Of a DNA stretch of 64,000 nt, positions 14,668-23,666 are shown one piece after another. Below the pieces are notes generated by a model. That model was not told the DNA's origin, did not search any database, and worked only from the letters and a program-made list of their open reading frames with translations. Location of the stretch: the NCBI GenBank assembly GCA_043228905.1, contig JBHGNT010000020.1, positions 5,394,001-5,458,000 on the forward strand, given 5' to 3'. How positions within the stretch are numbered: position 1 is the first letter of the stretch; the number at the start of each line of letters is the position of its first letter. The stretch is from Azolla caroliniana. Taxonomy: Eukaryota; Plantae; Polypodiophyta. Position numbers and translations under genes: made by a program.

Positions 14668-14747
14668 ATCTCTGTGCAACGACCTAGAAATTGTCATACG
14701 CAGGTACTTAATCTTAATCTTCCGCATAGACGACCTTGTCTCCAACA
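9206..14747 (+). mobile_element. Near-intact Ty1/copia LTR retrotransposon (Tork-like) inserted in the gypsy integrase
   Basis: LTRs at 9206-9521 and 14444-14747 (TG...CA, (CT)n). TSD CTAAG at 9201-9205 and 14748-14752. PBS TGGTATCAGAGCC (tRNA-iMet) at 9524-9536. PPT GGGGGAG before the 3' LTR. Confidence 0.97.
10229..14250 (+). pseudogene. copia gag-pol polyprotein broken by a single 1-bp frameshift at about 11962
   Basis: ORFs 10226-12034 and 11812-14250 join as KFC-RQRGIRREFT. Motifs: CNYCKKPGHIKADC, WLLDSGAS, LWHRRLGH/CEHC, HSDVCGP, YVDDML, STTEAEY. Confidence 0.93.
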
Positions 14748-16141
14748 CTAAGTGGGTGGAAGCGAAAGCCCTACGAGACAACACCGCGGCGTCAACGGCG
14801 AAATTCTTATACGAATGCATTTGGTGCCGGTACGAATGCCCCATAGAGCTGATAAGCGACCAAGGAGGGCACTTTCTTGGACAGGTGCTAGAAAGTTTGA
14901 CGACATTCTATGCGGTAGTACATCAACGAAGCACACCGTACTATCCGCAAGCAAACGGGTTAGCTGAGTCGACGAACAAAACGCTCCAGAATATCCTCCG
15001 GAAGATCGTCAATGAAAATCAGATAGATTGGGACACAAAGCTGCACAGTGCGCTCTGGGCTTACCGGACAACGTACAAAACAAGCATCCGGACAACACCG
15101 TTCCGGTTAGCATTTGGATTGGAGGCAGTCATGCCGGTCGAGTTCCAGGTACCAAGCTTACGGATTCAGATTCAGGAACGATTGAACGAAAAGGAATCGG
15201 AGGCAATTGGGTTAAAGGCTCTATGCGAACTGGAAGAACACCGACTGGCGAGCATTATGCACCTGGAATTGGAACAACGGAGACGGAAAGCATTTGTAGA
15301 TCGGCACCGGAAGGGAAACGAAAAAATGTTCGGGACCGGCAAGCCGGTACTCGTGTTCCAGACCCGGATGGGCAAAATGCCAAGTAAACTACGGTTTAGA
15401 TGGACCGGACCGTACTGGATCACACGCGAGTTCAATGGGTCCTACCAATTGGGGACACTTGCCGAAGAAGTGTTGGGCAAATGGGTCAACGGATTTAGAC
15501 TAAAACCATACAAAGGACCTATGCCTAAGAACCCATTTGAACGAAAGGCCGCCACCGAATCAAACGCCGCCAGGCCAACCATAATGGCAACCGGTGAAGA
15601 CGACGGTTGCCACCAAGCCAGTAAGGAGGAGCATGAGCCGGCAACCGAGGAGAGCAGAACGACGGCAAACCGTCAAGAGGCCGGCAAGTTGCACGCTTCG
15701 GGCAAGGGTCCGACAGGACCGGAGAAAAGCTAACCACACAAGTGAGTGTACAAAAAACAAAAAAAGAATAAAGGAGAGAATCAAATAAATCATGGAAAGG
15801 AGTGGTGAAAACGGCGACGCACACGAGGAGTAAAGAGGCACGTCGAAAAGGTACGAGGAGCTATGAATAGGACATTAAACCACCGCCACATGGCACGCAA
15901 TGCTATTATAGTACACGACCTACACATGCGGAGGCTCAAAAAAGGCGCCAAGATGCAAAGAGAAAAACCCCCACGCATTGAGACCTTTTCCTATCGCGAA
16001 CCAAGGAGAACAGACGCAGAGCGACGCGTGAAGATAAATCGTAGAGAGCTCCCACACAGAGAACCCCCTCCCTCAGAACTTTCTCTCTCACACTCTCCCC
16101 ACCATCAAACCTCGCCAACGCTCTCCGACCTCGACGTAGAG

Positions 16142-18902
16142 ATGGACTGCCAAACGTTGTTTGAAGCCGCCAAGAAATGGTTACGGCAGCACAGCCTGGA
16201 GGGTTTCTTAACGATCATGGAGGCGGCGCCACACAAGGAGGCCGAGAAGATTATAAAAGAAATCGACACGGAGGTGATCACAGAGGAGGCGATCCATGCG
16301 TTAATAGGCCTTCCGGAGGGAGGTATCTACACGATCGACAATCCTACCCCTGAGCAACTCATCAAATATTTCGGTGAGTACTCTCTAGCCAGCAAGGGCT
16401 ATAGGACACAAGGCGGCGAAGATATGTTATTCCGTGAAATTGCCCGTGTGCCCCACGAGTTTGGCCACGTGTACCCTCGACCCCCCGTCATGCCTCAGAA
16501 CCGAGCAGGCTTGATCATCGCGACGTACGAAGGGGTCAAGGTGGATTGGCTGGTGCTGATCGCCAACGGGCTGTGTACGGCGATTGATATAGTAAGAGGA
16601 AAGGACGGCAAGGAAGGCTGGAAAATATGGCATGCAGTGACACAATGGCTCACCTTGTTGGCACCACCGATCGAGCCCGTCCAAACCAAGAAGCGGGGAA
16701 GAGCAACGGACGGCACCCCGAAACCTGCTTCGAAACGGCAACAACTGTTGTCCTCCAAGGCCACTAAGGGGAAGACTGCTGAAGCAGAGAAGGCGGCGAA
16801 GGAGCGTGCCAGCCGAAAGCGACCGACGGACACGCATGAGGAGACACCGGCACGACCCTTGAAGAGCCCACTCCACCGACCGGGGCAGCAGGAAACGGAC
16901 ACCTTGGCGGCAAGAATGAATGTCGGGACTCAGGCGGAAGAAATGGAGGAAGAACCCACGGAGCACCTTCAGCGGAGGCCGGTGAAGAGCACCGTTGAAT
17001 TAGCCGGGAAGCGTTCGGACCCACAGAAGGATGGAACGCCCGCAACTCACGCTGAGCAACCCACGCCAAGGGAGGCACCGGAACCGGTTCGGATGGAACC
17101 GGTCACAGAAGTCCCGGCACAATAGGCAGCACCGGCAAGCCCCGTCACCCAAGAGCCGGAGATACAAAGGCCAACCGCCCCAGCCGGCCAAGAACAAGCA
17201 GACAAGGGGCGACTAGCCGAAACACCCTCAGAGCCGGAACGGCAAAGTGGTCAGCTAGCAAAACCAGAAGCGCAGCTTGACGCAGAAAGGCGGGACCAGC
17301 CACCAGCAAGCGAACCCATCAACCAACTCTCCGTGCAAGCGCAACAACAGTGCACCGGCAGCCAATGGCTCCAGTGGATAGGAGGCCAAATTGCCGGAGT
17401 CGTCGGATGCATAGAGGCGGAGGAAAGAGCGCAAACGGAATGGTTGCTCGTCACAACCGATGAAGTGAAGATGGCCCAGTCAAGGATCCGGTGCCTAGAA
17501 CAAGACTTGGATCGGATCACAGGCGATATGGCCAAAATGGCCTTAACCGCAACACAGGTCCAAGCACCGGTGACTCCAATTGATGTACAGAAGAATAAGA
17601 CCCCAAAGACACAAACTGTCCCGAAGAAAGAGGCGGCGCAAGCCCAAGAGCTTGTGGAATTACGAGATGAGCTAGCTGCACAAGAAGCATTACGGAGTCG
17701 CGAACATGACTTGAAGAAGGCGGCCGAAGAAGAATTAAGAAAGACTGCTGAGAACCTTCGCCAGACAGAGGAAAACTTGCGTAAAGGACATCATGCTTAC
17801 GACCGGCTGAAGGAGGAAAAAGAGAAAGTGTTGCAGGAAAAAGACAAGCTGCGACGGATGGCGGAGACAGAAATAGAGAGGCTGAAGGAAGAGCTCCGTC
17901 AACAGAAGGACAGGGAGGACCGCACGCGTCGTCAGATCAACCAACGACTGAAGCAAAAGACCGATGATTTCGATCATCTACATCGGGACTACAAGCAGTT
18001 GGATACAGAGCATAAGCAACAACGGGAACGGATGGCCGAGCTTCGGCAAGAGGTTGATAGGGCCAGAACGGCACTCGCCGAAGAACGAGCGGAAAGTTCC
18101 AGGCTATTGGAGGAAGCGGCGAATGACCGGATGGAGCTCCACAAACAGAACCATGAAGACAAGGAAAGAGCGGATACTACAGAGGTTGCAAACAACCTAT
18201 CAAACTCAATTGTCGCATTATAGGGAGCAGGAGGCGGACACGGTTCGGATCATCAAGCAATTGAAGGAGGAGCGACAAGCCGCAGAAAATAAATCACAGA
18301 TGGGAGCCGAACGGATCCAGTGCATCCTCCGGTCATGGCTCACTAAGACCAAAAGCTTGATTGATGACATCTCTGTGCGATGGTGGGCAAAATGGGCGCA
18401 AAATACGGCGGAACTCCAATTGCTTAGGGCGGACGTTGAAAACCGGCGAAAGGAGGGCGACGACTATTATATGCTGACCCCGGAGGACTTCACCACCATC
18501 AAGGATGAGCTGGCGGAAGATTTCACAGCCCTGGCGGATGAACAATTGGTGCAGGTCTGGCAGCTCGTAGCTCAACTGGACGATGATCGGCTGGAGGCTC
18601 AAATCCAGTTCGAAAGCTATGAGCGGTCCCGGCTCCGGGAAGAAAAAGCGCGAAAGGTGGCAACGGTCAACCTTAGTGATGAGGAACCATCATCGGGGCA
18701 AAGACCGGAGGGGGAACAAGCCGGGGTTAGTCAGCCACAGACAACTCCGACGGAGGAACCAACGACGGAAATGGCGGTGCCACAGTCACAAACGGAGCAC
18801 CAGCCACAACCACAAACGGAACAATAGCAGCAACAACAGATTCCCGACGAGCCATTGGAAATTTTGGAGCAAAGCATTCTGGACATTTTGGACAAAGCGT
18901 AA
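16142..18902 (+). pseudogene. Extra post-pol ORF (about 920 aa reconstructed; globular N-terminus, P/E/T-rich linker, long coiled coil), function unknown
   Basis: ORFs 15863-17125 and 17333-18223 share a frame, separated by one TAG. A frameshift at about 18170 leads into ORF 17964-18827, then a TAG in a Q run and a final TAA at 18900-18902. The N-terminus is homologous to the host element's minus-strand 209-1. Confidence 0.8.
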
Positions 18903-18910
18903 AAGGGCCG

Positions 18911-18954
18911 GATAGTGGGTTCGACGTACAAGGTACTGTCCCACAGGCGTGCCA
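18911..18954 (-). promoter_or_regulatory. tRNA-Arg-derived sequence at the PPT position (antisense PBS TGGCACGCCTGTGGGAC...TCGAACCCAC)
   Basis: The + strand reads GATAGTGGGTTCGA-cgtacaaggtact-GTCCCACAGGCGTGCCA-tg-LTR. No purine tract abuts the LTR. Confidence 0.7.
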
Positions 18955-18956
18955 TG

Positions 18957-19419
18957 TGTTACCGGCCGGCAAAGAAGGCTTAAGGAGGTCCAAACCAAAG
19001 TGTGAAAGGAATAGTTATTTGGGAACTATTGTAATTAGTAGTCTTAATATATACATATTATTATATAAGAAGATGTGGATGGACGGACCGGAATCGGTAT
19101 GCCGATCCGGATCCGGAACGATTCCGTAAAGGTGCCGTTTGGCACCGTTTTGTATTTCGCACCGGAGACCTATATAAAGGCCCGGTTACAATGTAATCAG
19201 GAGCGGATAATTAATAAAGCGTATTGTCTTAATCTTCAAGTGTTGATTACCGTTCTGTATTTATTGTTATATCTTACGCGTGTTAATTACGGATGGCTAA
19301 GTAATCGATTAAGGTCTAATTAAGCGTTGTGTCGTAAGTCATTCTGTCGTACCACCCTTTGGTGACGTGTCTTAAGTGGACACCCTGTGTTAGGCTGTTG
19401 TCCGGCCCTAGCAATAACA
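18957..19419 (+). repeat. 3' LTR of inner gypsy
   Basis: Direct repeat of 3848-4310, followed by TSD TTTTT. Confidence 0.96.
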
Positions 19420-19424
19420 TTTTT

Positions 19425-21885
19425 CCACCAGTTTTGTTTGATATGCACCGTTTTTAGCCATGGGCGGCCCATCAACAACGGGTAAGCCCCTTGCGCATTG
19501 AGTTGGACAACCACTGCCGAAATGTGGAATGTGTGACCTCCGATAGTTACATCTAGATCTCGTATCAAACCGATAGGTCTTACCGAACTTGTATCCGCCA
19601 TTCAGAGCCAAAATGGGCAAGGCTCCCATTCCTGGATTCCCAGGGTGTTACAAGTCCGTAAACTGATCACGTTCACGCCTAATCCTCCATCCACAATCGT
19701 CCCTTGTAGTTCTCGTCCTTTGATGATGGCGGTGATTGCCGGACTGTTCGTGCCTACCACTACTAGCCCTTCTTCCGAATTTGAGAAGAACGCAGGAGCC
19801 GGCAATGGAATTGATGTGGTCATTCCTGATGTTAGCCCTTCCGTAAATCGGGGCACTAGCAATAACCAATCCAATGGCAGCGTAATTTGACATTCTTGTA
19901 ATGCTTGCCATGTTGGGTTTTCCGACTGAATCGTGTCGGTGGCCCCTTCTAGTTTCTCCTTTTGTTGTTCAAGCTCCGCCACATTTTGCTCATTTGCCTT
20001 CTTCACCCACTTGGTGGCTTGCTTTCGAATTGCCTCCTGTGTTTCCCACTCCATGGTTTTGCCTTTTGCCTTGGTGGTGACTTGTTGTATATCGGCAACT
20101 TCTGCTACCACCATATTTACAGCTAGTCTTTTCTCATAGCTTTTAACCGAATACTGATTGCTATAATGTCCTTCTTGTGGGCAATAGTAGCAATACGCTT
20201 TCCTGGTGTTGTTGGATTCGGCGTTCGCTCCGGTACCCGGTTGAGGTCCTATTGGTGGTCGGTTAGGTGCTTGGTCCGGTTGGGTACTTGGCATGCCCTT
20301 GTCTAGCTGCTACTGGCGGTCCTCCTTTCTAGCGTTCCATTTTTTGTTGAAGCGTTTTTTGTTCCAGTAACCCTGTCGGGGCGGCTGGTTTTCATAGTTG
20401 CCTTGATCCTCCCTCCGTTGGTTGTAATCGGGGGAGTGATCCCGGTTGTATCGCTCGTATCGTTCACCGTTGTAATCTCGGTAGCTATCCTGTCGGTCTC
20501 GGTCGTGAGCGTCCTTTCTGTCGTTGTTCCGAATATCTTGCGTCGGCCGGTAATGCTTGTCTCGCCGCCAGCGTTCTTCTTCCTCCTCCCGGTTGCTCTG
20601 GGGTTCAATTTGCATTACCGGTGCCGCTTGTCGGTTCAACAAGTTATATTCGCATCGGTCCATTGTGTGCGTTCTGGAGTGGCATAACATGCACTGTGTC
20701 CGCATGGTACATTCTATTTCCGAGTGTTCGGCATTGAGACAAATCGTACATTGTATAGCTTGCCGAAACCGTAGGTCATCTTCTGTTGGTAATGTACGCT
20801 GGAGTGCCCCCATTGTTAGCTACGAGCTTGTTTTCTCCATCTCCCTAACCCTTTCCATGAGTTGGTTGATCATGTTGGTGCAGAAATCGATCATTGCGCA
20901 CACCGTATGCAAGGGTTCCCTGAGTGCTGCTAGGAATATTGATTTCACCTCCTCCTCCGATGGTGCCTGATTGAGCTAACTGTGCATTCGCTGGAACCAG
21001 ATTACGAATTGTTGAATGGTTTCCGTAGGTTCCTGCTGTATGGTGTAGAATAGGCCGACCATCTCCCGTTGATCCACCTCTTTGTTGAAGAACTGTAAAA
21101 ATCTGGTTTTTAAGTCCTCAAATGTCGTGATGGTGCCGGGAGTGTGCGTCAAGCGCCATCGCGCGGCTGGTCCTTCCAAGGTCATGCCAAACTCTGCAAT
21201 CTTCGAGCGTTCCGCTTCGGCGGCGGTCAAGCATTGCGACACATGGTTTGCTTCCCATGTTTGCAGAAATGCATAGACATGAGCTTCTGCGTCTGAATCA
21301 TCCCGGTACTTGGGATATTGGAATAGCATGTCGTCGTCCGGTGTCAGAGGTCTCCCCTCCTCTTCTTTCGGTGACGGAGGTCTTTCCTCCTCTTCTTTCG
21401 ATGTCGAAGGTCTTGCCTCCTCTTCTTTTAGTGTCTCATATGGCGGTGTCGGGAGTTGATCTGTCACCTGCCGATCTGGGGCTTCTAATTCTGTTAACTC
21501 CAGTTCTAGTGTCGGCAAGGTATCCGACTGCTCATCCTCCGGTCCGTCTAGGGTGTTGTGGCTACTACGGTAATTTGAATGGGCGCTGCATTCGCCGTCC
21601 GAATCCGATTCGAAGGCCGAGAATGGTTCTGAATCGCCTCCCCCTGTTGCTAGTGCCTGCAGGATGGATTCCGTCTCGGAGACTGCTCACGCTGCTTCCT
21701 TCGTCCGGTTGGGAATTCTGTTGTCCACGGAGTGACTCTACGGCCACTCGCCGGATTACTTTGGAAAATGAGCAATCCGCACGGATTTCTTCTGCCGCAT
21801 GTTGGAAAGCCTATCACTTCCGCAATCGTTCGGCAAGTCTTCTTGCTCGCTCCGTAACTGGGTCGTTTGTTGGTCTAGTCATCCA
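19425..21885 (-). pseudogene. gag-protease of host gypsy
   Basis: Fragments paralogous to 4366-6840: FQYPKYRDDSDAEAHV, CTICLNAEHSEIEC, IVDGGLGVNVI. Confidence 0.9.
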
Positions 21886-21937
21886 TGCCCGCCGTTGTTC
21901 GCTTCGTTTGTGCAGGAATCGTGGTTGCCAAAAACTG

Positions 21938-22358
21938 CGTTATCGCTAGGGCCGGACAATGGCCTAACACAGGGTGTCCCTCTGAGACACTTCACCAAAG
22001 GGGTGTTGCGGTGAGATAGAGTTAGACCGAAGGTTAATGGAACCTTGATTGGTTACTAAGCGGCAAGATCATTAGTCACGATACACGCGTAGGATAAATT
22101 ACACTTAGCACAGAACAGTAATTAACACTTGATTAAAATATAGAACAACAACACTCTATTAATTATCCGCTAATGATTACAATCTAACCGGCCCTTATCT
22201 CCGGTTTTAGGTACAAACCGGTGCCAACCGGCAACCAACAACTATGAACTAGTCCGGATCTGGATTGGCATACCGATTCCGTGTCCATTCGTTCGGCTCC
22301 CGGTTATTAATTATCCCCTCGTTTCCCATTTTGGACTTCCCTTGCCGGCCGGCTAACA
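21938..22358 (-). repeat. 5' LTR of host gypsy
   Basis: Termini similar to the inner element's LTR, followed by the same PBS/leader. Confidence 0.88.
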
Positions 22359-22729
22359 AATGATAGTAGTGAATCAGTTAGTGATAAGGGGAAAGTTATT
22401 GACGAGGTCGTTGTCTCTGTAATTGTGAGTGAGAGTGAGAGTGAGAGTAGTAACTCTGCCGTCGTATGTTAGACGAAGACGAGCTCGAGGTTGTTGCCTC
22501 CGAGTCTCCTTGTACTCCTCTCCGTACACATAGCAATTTATTTTCTTGGGGTTTGTGGACCCCATGGTTTTTCCCTTTTCGAGTTTTCCATGCAAAATAT
22601 CCAATGTCTCTTCTATTCGAATTTTTGGTACTTTCTATTTTTTTGTTTGTGCACTATCTTTCTCTATTCTTTGCACCCGCATATGAATGTGAACCGATTG
22701 TGGCTGGTCGATTCTCAACGTAGCCCACA
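22359..22729 (+). repeat. 3' part of a diverged copia LTR (target of the host gypsy insertion)
   Basis: Shares GAGCTCGAGGT..TTGCCTCCGAGTCTC and CCATGGTTTTTCCC..GTTTTCCA blocks with the 23667 LTR. Ends ...CCCACA. Confidence 0.65.
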
Positions 22730-23666
22730 AGAAAGAATAATCGATTACGAATACACACAGTTACAAGTACCAATCGACTATCGGTATAACACTCACTCTC
22801 TTTGTACACTTCTTGCCTAAAAATAATACCCTTGCAGCGCCCCGTACTCTCTCGATCAGTTGGTATTTATATAGGCCTCCATGCTTCCTATTTCTGGGAA
22901 GCATGGCACGTTACAATCGTTTCTTTTAGGTAGTTTGGCGCCTTATTCGTCTTTTGCTTAATTCATCTTTTCCTGTGCTTGGCATCCTGTCCCCTTTCAC
23001 ACCTTTTGCCATCCTGCCTGGTCAACAATCCTAAAGACTTCAATGTGCATTGATAACCTACGTGTGTACCCATTGTGACAATTTGAAATTTTTTCAATAG
23101 ATGCAAAACTTAGTGTTTAATGCGCAAATGAGCATTGAGGTGTAGTTGCCACTACGTTTCAGAGTATATCACAGCACATGATGTTGATCTCCTATATATA
23201 GAAAATGATAGGTGATGATTGATATCTTCAACGTAGGGCTTGAAGGACAATCTCAGAGAGTTTTATGTCCCCCTTGATTTGTTTAGCATTACGAGCAGTG
23301 AAGGGAAAGCAAGCTTATTGCATGCTTGACTGTACAACACAATTGGGCTTGAAAAGGGTGTGTTGAGGTAACATGCTTAACCATACCTTCATGTGTTAGC
23401 ATTTAGTCCTTCACGCACACCAATGTTTTAAGTAGTCTATTCCATGGAACTATGTTATTCTCTAGCTCTTTACGGATGGAGCACACCTCTTTGGACTCTC
23501 TTGGTTTCATGATGAGAACAAAATGCTTACATATCCACACATCATGTCCGATGACTATATTGACATCAATCATGACAAAGCTGGTAGGTAACACACATAG
23601 AAATATTCACTCCCCATTGGGAAAAGAATTGAACTAGTTTGTTGTATAATGTTGCTAGATTCATGA

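Larger units (their letters stand above)
4366..15733 (+). pseudogene. gag-pol of inner gypsy, disrupted by stops, frameshifts and the copia insertion at 9206-14747
   Basis: gag with zinc knuckles, protease IIDGGSDVN, RT FLDD, RNase H, integrase. The frame TDYCT|KWVEA rejoins across the copia. Confidence 0.93.
3848..19419 (+). mobile_element. Complete Ty3/gypsy LTR retrotransposon (Athila/Phygy-like, no archaeal RNase H seen) with extra 3' ORF; contains a nested copia
   Basis: 463-bp LTRs at 3848-4310 and 18957-19419 (TGTTA...TAACA, about 14 substitutions by eye). TSD TTTTT at 3843-3847 and 19420-19424. Domain order gag-PR-RT-RH-INT. Integrase C-terminus KLRFRWTGPY...VNGFRLKPY. Confidence 0.96.
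1..22358 (-). mobile_element. Host Ty3/gypsy LTR retrotransposon (non-chromovirus, Athila/Phygy-like), degenerate; 3' end lies outside the window; split by the 3848-19419 insertion
   Basis: 5' LTR 21938-22358 (minus strand TGTTAGCCGGCCGG...GCGATAACG), then CAGTTTT-TGGCAACCACG PBS. gag/PR fragments at 19425-21885. After the insertion: RT (2783-3232), RNase H (1788-2780), integrase (882-1622, WGLDFVGP...YYPQANG) and the start of the extra ORF (1-209). The frame KQNWWK|NMITF rejoins across the insertion. Confidence 0.93.

Noticed and set aside
14585-15733. 382-aa ORF with a hydrophobic, signal-like N-terminus fused to integrase
   Set aside because: Chance read-through from the copia 3' LTR (CT)n into the interrupted gypsy integrase.
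18911-18954. Functional tRNA gene, or the PBS of a separate minus-strand element
   Set aside because: There is no D arm, anticodon arm or 5' acceptor strand. The adjacent LTR is a direct repeat of 3848-4310 closed by a matching TSD, so the motif is internal to the + strand element.
23030-23660. Possible degraded PPR-gene fragment on the minus strand (VDM, NIVPWN-like words); similar hints at 37750-38930
   Set aside because: Too decayed to support without a profile search.
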